The notes under the pieces: model-generated
What the model saw: the letters and a program-made list of their open reading frames with translations, nothing else
Databases searched by the model: none
Told to the model about the DNA's origin: nothing
NCBI RefSeq assembly: GCF_036321535.1
Contig: NC_087452.1
Coordinates: forward strand, 34,348,001-34,412,000
Length of the DNA: 64,000 nucleotides
Direction: 5' to 3'
DNA from: Camelus dromedarius
Lineage: Eukaryota
In this document: piece by piece, positions 10,650-22,989 of the stretch
How positions within the stretch are numbered: the first letter of the stretch is position 1
How the letters are laid out: the number at the start of each line of letters is the position of its first letter
Made by a program: the position numbers and the translations under genes

Positions 10650-11500
10650 CTTTAGCCCAGGGGTTGCGATCCCCAGACGTGCTGTGGCTGAGCCCGAGCT
10701 CGGCCGCTCGGAGAACTCAGTGGATTCCGGGCGCCCGCGATTTGTGAGAAACATCGCGCACTCTTGCTGCCTATAGGTGAAAGAGAAAGAGGGACTGCAC
10801 CGCGGACGGACCCGTCCAGGACGATGGATAGCCAAGCGGATTGATGCGCGCGGGTACCCGTGGCCGTCAAGACAGAACCGGCGCCAGCCTCGAGTGAATA
10901 TTCCCGGCCTCCTCCGCCAGGGGGCGGCTGACCGCCAAGTCCGCCGTACTGCGCCTGCGCCTGCGCCTTGGGCGCCGTCGCGTCTACTCTACGCATGCGC
11001 AGGGCGGCCCTGCGCCCACTGGAGCTAGAAGATGGCGGCTTCCGCGGTTTGCCGGGCGGCCAGCGTTGGGACGCGAGTGCTGCTGCACACCCGCCGCTCG
11101 GTGAGGTGGCAACAAGAGCGCAGAGCTATGTGTCGTGGGGCTTCGGGACGCGGACTGGGAGCGGGCTTTTAGCGGCGGCGGGTCGAGAATGAGGAGGTCG
11201 CGGGGTCAGGGCCGTGGGAAGGTCATGGCTGAGGGCGGGGACGGGGATGCCACTGCGGGCCTGGGAGCTGAGGAGCGACCCCCCAACCCAGTTCTCTATT
11301 CTGGTCGCCTATTTCCAGCGGCAAGCCCTGCTGAGGTCCCCTGCTTTGCGGGGCACCGCCACCTATGCCCAAGCCCTCCAGAGCGTGCCAGAGACGCAGG
11401 TCAGCCAGCTGGACAACGGGCTGCGAGTAGCGTCCGAGCAGTCCTCCCAGCCTACCTGCACGGTGAGTAGGGGCCGCGGTCGGGAGGGCGCCTCCATATT
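10650..11500 (+). promoter_or_regulatory. UQCRC1 CpG-island promoter
   Basis: CpG-dense stretch. CTCF-like CCGCCAGGGGGCGG at 10914-10927; NRF1-like TGCGCCTGCGCCTGCGCC at 10950-10967 and ACGCATGCGCA at 10991-11001; YY1 motif AAGATGGCGGC at 11029-11039; no TATA box. Confidence 0.8.
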
Positions 11501-14500
11501 GGGCCTGGCGTCTTTTCATAGGTCAGGGTGTGACCTTGGGCACAGGTGCTCTGTGGTTTGGGTCAGACTCCTGCTCAGTCACTGCTGTATTGACTCTCCT
11601 CCACAATCCCGGCCCACGTTTTGACTTATCGGGGGCAGTCCTCGCTGTAACCAACACTCATTTAGCTGTGATGCCTGCCAGTCAGCAAGCCAAGTTCTTT
11701 TTTCAGCTTTTTCTTACGCAGCCCATGTGCGTAGTGAAGGAAATGGGATTCAGAGACATTAGTGACTGCCAGCCTAGCGGCCAAAGTCAGTATCTTGGCT
11801 AGACCGGAACTGTATTGTAGAAGAAATGCACTTGAATATTCCAGTTGAATTGCTGGTTTTTCCTAAAAATACAAACCCTCAAAATTGACTCAAAGGTAGA
11901 AATCTTGACTAGATAAACAGAATATTCTCAAGAAGTGATCCTTCTCTGTCTCCTCACCCCAAACTCCAGGGCTAAGTGGTTTTACTGGCAGATTCTTTCA
12001 GTTTTCCAGGAACAAATAATGTCCTGTGATATAAGTTGTCACTGAACACAGCAAAAGGTGACAGGCAGCTTCCTTATTCTATGGCACCTGTATAAGCTGA
12101 CCCACAGCCTGTTAAGAAAGCTTGGTAGAGAATACTGTACTTCATGGACAGTAAGGTGCTATAGATTGTAAGAAATATCCCTGTGCTTTAGTGCCAGAGG
12201 AGTGCTGTCTGTTACAATCAAAGGATGTCTTGGATTGTGTAAAATGCATCTTGCTTTCCAATATGTTAGATGAAATAGACGTTCGTGTAAGAATTTATGA
12301 TGTGTGGCATATACATCAACATCTCTTAGGAAAGTAGATGGGAAAATTTTAAATCAACTATGAACAAATAGTAGTTAAAAGATTAGATCTGTGTTACCAT
12401 ATGGGGTGAGTAGCATGGTGTGTGTTTCATAGCACACCAGGCTATTAAGAAAATTATAAGATTCTCTCATTGGGTGCCAGGGAAACACTTGGCAGTGTTA
12501 GGTGTCCAAGGCTGATTAAGAAGTTTTTTTTTGTTCTTATTTTTAAGTGTGAATGAAGGCTGTTTCCTAAACATGATAAAGTGTTCAGTGTCTGAGCAAA
12601 TAGCCGCCTCCTCTAATGGCAAAAGGACACAATCACCAGAACAAAGGCAGGGTATAATTTTTAGGAAGGAGGAGAAGAAATTGTTGCAAATGATTAGTTG
12701 CTTGCCTAGGAGAAACAAAGATCAGTGGAAACGTGAGATTGTGTTTAAGAATTCCCTATGGTGATGGGACAGGCAACCGTGCAGTTAGAAACTTCCCTTT
12801 TCCCTGGGAGTCTTGATAACCAGTCAGGAAATAGAGTAGGAAGGAGAGGTGATGCAGTGTGACTAGTCATTCAGCTAATGCCCTGGCCTCCAAGCACAAG
12901 GGTCCTGCTGAGAAACTCTTCCCCACCCTGGGGCTTGTGGAGTCACCCACAGGGTGGGCTGTAAGTGGGGGGCTGGGTTGGTTGGTTTGTTACCTTTGTT
13001 GGGGGTTTCTTGTCCAGGTCGGGGTGTGGATTGACGCTGGTAGCCGTTACGAGACTGAGAAGAACAACGGGGCAGGCTACTTTGTGGAGCATCTGGCTTT
13101 CAAGGTGAGGCTCCTAAAGACCTGAATCTCCCCCAGGGTTAGGGCTTCCTGCTGTCCCTCCTGAAGATGCATGTCAGAAAAGTCAGCCTTCTCAATTATG
13201 GGCTTCATTGGGGTTGGGGGTGGGGTGATCTCTGACTGGCTTTTCTGGAAGGAGCCACATGGGTTTGGCCTCTCCTGAGTGAAGCCTAGTTGGTGAGTGC
13301 CTGCACAAGGCACCTAGAGCCAAAAAAAAAAAAATAAAACCCTGGGGAGCCACAGGAGCCCTACCCTTCACCAGAGGCCAGGCCCATGTTGTGTGCGTGC
13401 ATGCATGTAGAATTGTGGATATACACGTGTTTTGTAACAAACACACAGACTTAGTTTGTGTGAAATGCTCTTCATCTTTCGTTTATAGACGTAAATACTG
13501 AGGTTTCTTGAGGAAGGGAACAGCCGCTAAGCCAGCTTATGTGGGCATGGAGTAGAGACTGAGTTTCTAAATGAATGAATAAATGGAGAAGATGATACAG
13601 AATGGCTGGAGTTGTGGAACAGGAATGGGCAGCTTGCCAGCTCTAGCATTACAGACGTGTGTCGGTCTCAGCATATGAATGTGTGTCATTGGACAGCACC
13701 ACTGCCACGTATGCACACATACAGGACTAGGGTTGAGTCCCACAGAGGCAGCTAGCACACACATAGTCATATGAATGGCGTGAGGGAGAGTGGTAGTGGT
13801 AGCATCACCTGAACGAAGTGTGAACTTACCTGACCGTGACTGTCAGTAAGAGGAAAGGGAGTGCTGGTAAGATCAGGCTGTTATGGGAGCTCTAGATTTC
13901 AGGTAACACTTGGTTTGGCCGTGCGCTTCTTTCCTGGCTCCTGGATGTCTCCACTCTGTTGGCCCAGAATGCTGGGGCCTCGATCAGCTCAAGTCCTGTT
14001 TAGCACTTGGTGAACACAGACTCTGGGCCCTGTATCCCCAGAGTCTTACTGAAGGAGGTACCTGTGGACCAGTGGTTCTACTGAGACTTTAGCCTTTGAG
14101 GATGGGAGTCCTGGGCTCTCACATGGCTCCTGATGGGTCCTGTTGATGTCTGGTTCTAGGGAACAAAGAATCGGCCTGGAAATGCCTTGGAGAAGGAGGT
14201 GGAGAGCATGGGGGCCCATCTTAATGCGTACAGCACCCGGGAGCACACAGCTTACTACATTAAGGCACTGTCCAAGGACCTGCCAAAAGGTACGCCTGCA
14301 GGGTCGGGCAGGGATGGGGTAGGTCTCCATGGGTGCAGAGGACAGGCACTCTGGAGCCCCGGGGCTGGCTGAGGGACGGGGTTACCCTTAGAGTATGGAC
14401 TTGCAGCACAGCAACCAGTGGTGTTCAGGCCTGAGGGTTTTGTGTTGTTACTGGTCTCCAGTGGCCCACCTGGTGCCCAGACATGTCTTTCTTTCACGTC

Positions 14501-17500
14501 CAGCTGTGGAGCTCCTGGCCGACATTGTGCAGAACTGCAGCCTGGAAGACTCCCAGGTTGAGAAGGAGCGTGACGTGATCTTGCAGGAGCTGCAGGAGAA
14601 TGATGCATCTATGCGGGATGTGGTCTTCGACTACCTGCATGCCACGGCGTTCCAGGGCACACCTCTGGCCCAGACCGTGGAGGGACCCAGTGAGAATGTC
14701 AGGTGAGAGTGAGCTGGGCCTGGGGTAGAATTCGTGCCCTCCTTCTGGCCTGGCCAGGCCATGTCCACATGAGTTTGTTGTTGTTCTGCCAGCCTGAGGG
14801 AGGGTGTGTCTGGGTATCTTATCCACATGGCATCTTGTCTTCTGATGGGATAAGCCCTCACCATGTCAGCTTACACCCTCCTGAGAGGAGACTGTCCTGT
14901 GGTCAGATGTGAGGGAGGCCAGATGAGGGCTGTCCTCTGGGCCCCAGAGTGGCAGGTGGCAGGAATGGGGGAGGGATTGAGTGGTGTGCTAGGGCTTGCT
15001 CTCCAGGGAAGCCATCTCTCTCCTTGTCTATCTCCTCAGCCCCATTTTATATGACCCACATCACTCTGGTTTGGGAGCTGTGGTAACCCATAGGCTGTAT
15101 GTCTTGCAGGAAGCTCTCTCGGGCAGACCTGACTGAGTACCTGGACCGGCATTACAAGGCCCCTCGAATGGTGCTAGCGGCAGCTGGAGGTGAGCGATGG
15201 GCTCATGCAAGCCCTGTGGTAACGGGTGGGTAGGCTCCAGCCTTGTCTTCTGGTTCTGACCATAGGGGATCTTCCACTCTGGGGGCCCTGTTCCCACTCT
15301 GAACTTGAGGGGAGTGACCTCTTTTGTGCTCTCTGAGGTGGGGTACGATTCTGCTCTGCCACTACCCCTGGGACTGACCACACCGGGATGCTGCTCCTCT
15401 CTTGAGTACAGGCCTCAGGCCTTTCTCAGCCCCACCCAATCCTAGGAGACCCAGTTTGCAGGCTGGTGGGAAATTCAAGCCCCCAGGCTTGTTCCTCTTT
15501 GCCTTGCCAGTGGGAAACCGGACACTGGGTGACAGATGGGAAGGACCTTGAAAGGAAGACACAGAGTGGTAGGGGGATTTTAATGGGGGACTCGGAGTTG
15601 GAGGTTAAGGAGGTGCTTTTGAAGCATGTGTCATTTGAACAGAGGCCTAAAGCACAATGGGGTTTAGTCAGGGTTGGGGGTGCCCTGAGCACAGGGGAAG
15701 AGCAGTGTCATGGCCTATGGGTGTTTCGAGGCTTGCTCTCCTGCCAGAGCGGAAACAAGCAGACCCCGGGAAGGGTTGGGCAGGCACCTGGTGGAAGATG
15801 GCAGGAGCAGGGGAGGGAAGCAGATGAACTCAGGATGGTTTTGCAGATGGAAACTTCACGGAGGTCTGGACGTGGCGGGCAAGAGACGGGAGCAGGGTCG
15901 ATACCTCCCCAGCTTAGGTCGCAGCAGCTTGCTGGATGAAAAAGAGTGATAGGAAGAGCACAATTGGTGGCTCTGGGGCCAGTGGACCTGGGGACCAAGA
16001 GCATTTGGAGCTCCTGACATGTCAGACTTTGTGGAGTCCAGCAGGATCTGAGGTCAGGGAAGGAAAGAACAAAAGGCAGAGGCACCTGGCCTGCGGTCCC
16101 TGGGGAAGGCTGCTGACTGCTGCAGTGCCTGCCGTCCAGGTGCTGGGGCAGCAGAGGCCACCTCCTGCAGAGGTGAGGTCAGGGAGGGGTCCTGAAACAC
16201 GGGTTCATAAGGCTACTGGGAAGTGTCCCCGACTCTAGGGGACCCCAGAGCTAGTCGTGGCCCTGCGGAGCACCTCTTTGTGCCCTCTTACCTGCCACCC
16301 TCCACAGGGGCAGCAGCCAGGATGTGCTTGAGGAAGGGCTAGAGGGACAAGGCAGGGCAGGTCCCTTACGCTCAGGGAGCACCAGTCTTGTCTGTGATGC
16401 TGGTGAGAATGCATCACCTGGGAACCTGTTTTTAAGCTCCGCACACTGCTGCTGCTTCCCTGTGACTGAGGTCATGGCAGCTGTTTGACCCTGAGGTGCC
16501 TGCCATGTCATGAGACAGCGTGTGTCTGTGAAGGGTCCTCTTTCCTCACCTTATCCTGATGTCACATCTTTCTTTGCTGTCTGCTGCTGAGACAGGATAC
16601 GAGGTCCTCCCCTTGTGCGATTCCCGTGGTTCCCCCGACCCTGTGCCGTGGGCCCTGGCTGGCCGGTAACACTGCTGTCTGTCTGCAGGGGTGGAGCACC
16701 GGCAGCTGCTGGACCTCGCCCAGAAGCACTTGAGCAGCCTGTCTGGGACATACACAGAGGACGCCGTGCCTACTCTCGCTCCATGCCGCTTCACTGGCAG
16801 TGAGGTGGGCTGCCTGGCGGGTGGGAGTGGTACTCTCAGCCTGGGCCTCGGGGCGGGGGAACTCTCGCATGCATGGCCATCTCCACAACCTCGGAGTTGC
16901 CTCGGGAGTTGGGAAGGAGTCCTGTGGCCACTGCCTCATGGGCACATATGTTCACACTTGCATGTGCACTCTCCACCCACACTTGGCACCTTTGCTGGTT
17001 ACTTGGAAAGTTTGGCTGTCCCTCAGCCTTTCCATGTCCTGTTTCAGATCCGCCACCGTGATGATGCCCTGCCTTTGGCCCATGTGGCCGTTGCAGTGGA
17101 GGGGCCTGGCTGGACCAACCCGGACAACGTGGCCCTCCAGGTGGCCAATGCCATCATCGGCCATTACGACTGCACTTATGGCGGCAGTACGGTGAGTGCC
17201 ACGAGTGGGCATGGGACGGGCCTTGCCTTCAGGGAAGAGAGGGAGCTGGGCTGTGGGCACTTGTACTGTGGGGCTCAGGGTGTGGGCCACAGAGTAGAGG
17301 TGGGTGCTGACCACCTTTGCTCCTGGCAGCACCTGTCCAGCCCACTGGCTGCAGTTGTCGCGACCAATAAGCTATGCCAGAGTTTCCAGACTTTCAACAT
17401 TTGCTACGCAGAGACTGGGCTGCTGGGCGCACATTTTGTCTGTGACCACATGAGCATCGATGACATGGTATTCTTCCTGCAGGGCCAGTGGTGAGTGGTA

Positions 17501-19020
17501 GCCTGGCATTGCAGGTTGGGGATAGGGGCCTTTGAGCAGGACAGTGGAGGCTCAGAGGCAGCACTGCCTCAGAACGATCCCACCCTACCCCTGCTGTAGG
17601 ATGCGCCTGTGCACCAGTGCCACAGAGAGTGAGGTGGTCCGAGGCAAAAACATCCTCAGAAATGCCCTGGTATCTCATCTGGATGGTGAGTCCTCCAGCC
17701 CTGTGGCAAGGGGTGGAGTGCATCCTGGCAGTGACAGTCCCAATGTGGCCACCATTCCTAACCAACACTGGAAGGGAAAACTTTGAAGGTCATGCCATAT
17801 CCCACCACTCACCCTCCCTCAGGGGCTTAGGGCTTCAGGTGCAGGTGTGGGTGGCCAGATCAACAGCCCACTGGTACAATGACCGGTTGTTGTACAAGTG
17901 AGTGTTGTGATCTAGGATCAGACCAAGGTTCAGGCTATCCTGAAACTGAAGGTTCTTTGTGTACCTGTGGTCCAGGACTGGACCGTGTGGACCCATAAGC
18001 TTCCCTGCCCCGCCCTGCAGGTACCACTCCTGTGTGTGAAGACATTGGACGGAGTCTCCTGACGTACGGCCGTCGCATCCCTCTGGCTGAGTGGGAAAGC
18101 CGGATTGCGGTAACGCAGGCCCCGGGAGAGGTTCTGGAGTCTCGATCTGGCAGACTCCCAGAGGACGGGAAGTTGTGGCAGTGCAGACTGCTGCTATAGG
18201 CACTCCTGGCGTCCTAGGCAGTGTTGCTACCAGGGTGACGTAATTGGAGGGTAGGGCAGAGGCACTGATGGCTATGGAGGTGGGTGAGGCCCATGGAGGT
18301 CTACGTAGTAGGGAGAGCCCTTCTGCTTTCTCTTTTTGGGTGAGGGGTACTTGTGTAAGACCTCAGCTGGCTGGGTACTGTTGACTGGCTGAAGTGGTCC
18401 CAGGTGCCTATCACTCAGTGTGACCTCTGCTTCATCCTGCAGGAGGTGAATGCCAGTGTGGTGCGTGAGGTCTGCTCTAAGTACTTCTATGACCAGTGTC
18501 CAGCAGTGGCTGGATTGGGTAAGTAGCTTAGAAGGTCTGCTCTTTGTCCTCATTCCATTGTCATGGCCTCCCCTCTGCCTCTGCTGCCCTACCCTCCAGC
18601 TTACCCTGGGAGCAGCAGGTTGAGGCCCCCAGGAGGCTCTGCCCAATAGCTTGGCTGCCTGGGAGTACTTGCTCAGAAAACCTGTCCCAGCAGCTCCCTG
18701 ACTCCCTGCCAAGGTGCCTCCATCAATACCCTACACCCGCCAGGTAACGGACACCCCTGCGTGTGGGGTGGGGCTCCAAAGGTCAGAGCATGAAGGGACA
18801 GGCTCAGCACCCCCTGGAGGAATGTTCTCTTCCTTCTCTCCACTCAAAGCCTGTCTTGTGCTGCTCTGGGCAGCTCTGAATGGGGTGCGGCGCAGGGCCA
18901 GGTGTCCCTGTATAAGCCGGGTACCCCACCCTGACGCCCCACCCTATCCCCACAGGCCCCATTGAGCAGCTTCCAGACTATAACCGGATCCGTAGCGGCA
19001 TGTTCTGGCTGCGCTTCTAG
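11032..19020 (+). CDS. UQCRC1: Cytochrome bc1 complex core protein 1, 13 exons, 481 aa
   Basis: Exons 11032-11100, 11319-11462, 13018-13104, 14160-14289, 14504-14702, 15110-15189, 16689-16804, 17048-17191, 17330-17490, 17600-17685, 18021-18109, 18443-18518, 18956-19020; total 1446 nt, all GT-AG. Protein [72 protein letters not shown], with YFVEH in place of the M16 HxxEH motif, as expected for the catalytically inactive core 1. Confidence 0.99.
15520..16050 (-). mobile_element. Degenerate L2-like remnant in UQCRC1 intron 6
   Basis: Purine-rich text resembling antisense L2 ('gtgtcatttgaacagaggcctaaag..gcacaggggaagagcagtgtcatggcc'); too diverged to place precisely. Confidence 0.35.
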
Positions 19021-19127
19021 GCAGGAGGCCTGTGCAGGCAAGAGGGCGGGGCCAGGGTTCGCGGTTCCCCCTCCCCACAACAAACATACCACCTCGGCTC
19101 TCCAGACCTGTGCTGCGGATTACCACC

Positions 19128-19133
19128 AATAAA
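19128..19133 (+). terminator. UQCRC1 polyadenylation signal
   Basis: AATAAA about 107 nt after the TAG, followed by GT-rich 'gtcctgtgttg'. Confidence 0.85.
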
Positions 19134-22100
19134 GTCCTGTGTTGAGAACTGCGTTATCCCTCTCTTGGCGTTGGTATAGAGTCCACTGGACACTGGATAG
19201 GGGAGCAGGGACTTCTCCCCGTTCTGTGTCTCCTGGATCCTTCCGCCTTCCCACAGGCTGATGTGTCCTCAGCCAGGGGCAAGAGTGGGGGCTGCTGCAT
19301 GGAGGCCGGAAGCCTTTGATGCCTGCAGGGAGCTGAGGCCAGCTGTTTCCACTTAGCCACGTGGCGGATGCTCCTAGCCAGTCTGTCCCAAGAGTGGGGT
19401 GTGGGAGTCCATGAGAACTGCATGGGACCTTTGCCCTGGTATAGGTCCCAGCCTGGGAACTCAGGGGGTTCAGGTAGGAAGCCCCCTTGCTGTGGGTCCT
19501 GTGCAGTCACCCTCTGGTGGTCTCTGGTCCCCCAGGTGGACCAGGAGAGGCCAAGGACTGTCCCTGAGGAAGACTCCTTCATATATTTACTCTGGATTCT
19601 GGGAGGATAGCCTGGGGCATAGTGTTCCCATTTGGTTTTTAACTGCTGCCTAGACAGGCAAGGCAAGAATCCTTTGCCTCGATTTGCCGCTGACTCAGGC
19701 TCCAAGAATATCTCTGAGCTCAGTGGGGCCTGAGCCCCCTTCCTTGACTAAGTCTGTCCCAGACAAGTCCTGAGCTGCTGGCCCATCTCCCTGAGGCAGC
19801 CAGGACCTGGTGGAGCTCTCAGCTGTCTAGTGCCACCTTTGGGTTCTGGTCCCCAAGGCAGATGGGCAGGTAGGCCCCTCTTCCTGCACCCCTCAACCCT
19901 TCCACAGCCCCTGGGAAGCCCGGGGGGATTGGAAGTCTGGGGCCCGATTCGCCTAACATGAAGGTGCTATTGACGGTCATGAACAGGGTTCTGGGATAAG
20001 GTTTGTTGGGAAGAGGGCTACCCAGAAGTCCCTTAGCATCCCAGCCTTGCAGTAGCCAAAACAACCTTTGATTCACTCCCACCCCACTCCAGTGCTTTTC
20101 CTTCACCCGTTTGTTGCCGCAGGTTGTCAATTAGGAAATAACCGTTGAGTGCTTTCTAAAGAACCCAGGGCTCGGGGACTTAGGTCATCTGCCTACTTTA
20201 TGACCAGCTGGAGAGAAGCTGCTGGACAGTGCAGAACCCTGACTGGCCCACCCCTGGGTGCTTGTAGACATAGTACATGCAGGCTGAGGGAACAGCAAAG
20301 TGCCAAGCCTGTTGTCCCAAGTTCAAGTTTGAGCTGGAGGACAGGGCTTGATTTTTCTGTTAAGCCCAGGACTGACCCTCAAAGGCTACAGGTGTGCTGG
20401 ATACAGAGCACTTGAACTCTTGGGGGTGATCTGCTCCTAATAGACCTTGCATACCTAGACCAAGAATTTGATCTTTACTCTGGAAGCATGTTGGGGTAGG
20501 TGCACTAGAGATTACTGGGAAGAGAAGTGATTTGGTAAGCTGAGATTTAGCATGGGAACTCGGTGTGTATTTCTGTGATGTCCCAGTGAGCTGTGCTGTA
20601 GCAGGGTAGTTGTCAAGGCTGTAGGAAGAGCTGGAGTAGGCTTCAAGGGACCCAAGCAAGACCGCATCCCCAGCAGGACTAGGGTTCCATGGGGCAGGGT
20701 GGGTAGGTTGGAGGATGAAGACTTGCCCAGCTTTGGCCACAGTTCTGAGAAATTTGGAGATGTCTGGGACAGTGGGATGTGTGGGTCTGGAATCCCCAAA
20801 AGAGACCCCAGTTGGTGACACATGGTGCTATCTGGCAGAGGGAGTGACTGAAGCCAGAAAATTGTGCAGGGGAGTGTGGGAGGGAGAAAGACTAAAAGCT
20901 CAGGGCCCCACTGCCCTAATGGAGGGAGCTGGTTTCTGAGGCTGAGTCCTAGGCTGTGTGCCTGCCAGGAGGCTGTGATTGGGAGCCTCAGAGGACCACG
21001 GCCCTGCTTGTGAGCCTCCCGGGAGCTCCAGACATGCAGTCAACCCTGCTTCTACCTCCAGTAGCCTCTCCTAGTACTCTTCGAGTGACCCCCCCCCCCA
21101 AGGCAGGCAGCCCTTCCTTTCTTTCTGGGGCCCCTCGTGGCTCTGGTGAAGTTTGCCTGAACACCTCAGCTGGCCTCCAGTCTCCCCTAAAGACTGAACC
21201 CGAATGTGTGTGTGTGTGTCCACGCTGCATATGCTAGCTCTCAGGCTGCCTCTGTTATGAGGGCTCGTCTGGTCTCTGCAGCCCTCACCTGCAGGACACC
21301 TTCAAGGGGTGAGGGATTCCTGGAACATGCCTGAGGAGCCCTTGACCTTGGACAAAGGTTCTGGGCCCTGTGGATCACAGTGCTGTATCCCATGATAACC
21401 TGGGGCTGTTCCTGTGGCTCCAGCCTTCTGGATAACGACAAAGAAGGAAGCATGGATGGTCATCACTGACCCCAACTCTGGCCATAAGTCGGAGATCTCA
21501 GTCCCTGGAGGCGTCTAGGGGAGACAAGTTTAACAAATACCATCCCCATTTCTCCCTCATTAGCCTGTGGGGCCCCAGAGGAAGCAGAGGGGTTAGGCAT
21601 GTTGGAAGGGGCCTGGTGGCAGTGGTGAAGGTAGATGTATTTATTCTCCGGGCTTCCCAGAGTTACCCAGGAGTGGCAGAAAGAAGGAATGGGCGCCATG
21701 CTCTTGGGAGTGTCTCTGTGCTTTTGTATCAACCCCTATAATGAACGCATATGTGTATACAAAGACTGACTTACTCAGGATAGTGTCCCTGGCCTGGGGA
21801 TTTGTTGAGGGGACTGTCCGTAATCAGAAGCAAGCTGAGGGAGACAGGTGTGAAGTCAGGCTGGTTAAAGGTTATGAAGGTGGAAGCTCAGGTGGACTGT
21901 GAGGGCAGCTAGGAGGGAAGGGAAGGGCTCAGGATGAAGATGATAGGTGGAAGGGGGTCTTTAAGAAGAGTAGGTTGAAGGAGGAGACTGGAGGGCCAGA
22001 ATGAGGATGTGTAGGTAGGGGGGCCTGGCTGGAGCAAGACAGGCTCACCCATGGGGGTGCAGACAGGAAGGGGTGGATTCCTGAGAGATGAGCTGTCACT

Positions 22101-22393
22101 GTGGGTGGTCTACTCTCCACACGTGGATAACCCCTCCCTGCAGGCACAGCTGGATGGCATCCGCCTGGAGCTGATTCAGGGCAGAGTAGGGGGTGCCGGA
22201 CACTGAGATGGACAAGTATGCATAAGCATGACACAGATTCTCTCCTCCTGGCTTCCTCTTCCAGAGTGGGAATGGGCATTACTTGGATGCAGCCCAGTGG
22301 TGCCTTGCTCTCCCTGGATGAGCCCAGAGCCCCTCATTTGCTGGGGACTGTTAGGCCCATTGAGGGGACTGGGATGAGACACAGGAGAACCAA

Positions 22394-22495
22394 CAGACAG
22401 GGATGGCTGAATCACAGGAGAGGCCCGGCGGGACTTATGGCCTGAGGGCTTGTCTGGGCACAGAGTGGTGGGGGTGTTGGGGGGGGGGTGAGTCA
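22394..22495 (+). promoter_or_regulatory. Candidate orthologue of the COL7A1 TGF-beta/SMAD-responsive promoter element, with AP-1 sites
   Basis: CAGAC (22394), ATGGC-TGAATCA (22403-22414), a second ATGGC (22437-22441) and a perfect TGAGTCA (22489-22495), 500-600 nt upstream of the ATG. Resembles the human SMAD-binding sequence as I recall it. Confidence 0.55.
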
Positions 22496-22765
22496 TCTCC
22501 AGCTGCAGCTTTCCCCCACTGACATCGTGCTACATCTTTGATCCCCTGGAACCTATCCAAAGTCTAGTCCCCAGCAGTCACTCCTAGTCTATGACCTACA
22601 GCAACTAAGTTCTCTGACCCTAGAAGGGGTTGGAAAAGGGCTCTCATCATCTATCTGTAGAGAACCTTCCTGGGGAATCCCAGAAACCACAGGAGTTGGG
22701 GATGCTTTACACTTAAGTAGAATCAAATCATCTGTCCCTGGGAGGGGTGGCAGGGGCGGCAACCT

Positions 22766-22989
22766 TTGGGACGGGGTGAGGGGTGGGGGCGGGCCGCCTG
22801 GGTCCCCGCCCGCTGCTCCGCCCCCACGGGATCAGGGACTTTTCTCTGCTGTGGCGGCGGGACTAGGCAGCGGGAGCCAGCGGATCAGCAGGCAAGACCG
22901 AGACTGGGGGGTTGGGAGAGCACTGGGCTTGACCCCACCAAGTCTGAGGGAGAGGCGGGAGTCCTGGCTGACTGTTTCCCTCACCTAGG
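22766..22989 (+). promoter_or_regulatory. COL7A1 GC-rich, TATA-less proximal promoter and 5' UTR
   Basis: GC boxes (ggggtgggggcgggccgcc, ccccgcccgc) and a local CpG cluster just upstream of the ATG at 22990. Confidence 0.65.

Noticed and set aside
10515-10835. 106-aa minus-strand ORF divergent from the UQCRC1 promoter
   Set aside because: No recognisable domain or splice structure; it starts in the CpG island, where stops are rare. A divergent non-coding transcript is possible but unsupported.
13105-14159. Intronic H/ACA snoRNA (I recall SNORA94 being annotated within human UQCRC1)
   Set aside because: I could not identify a convincing hairpin-H-hairpin-ACA structure. An Infernal or BLAST search with the human sequence would decide it.
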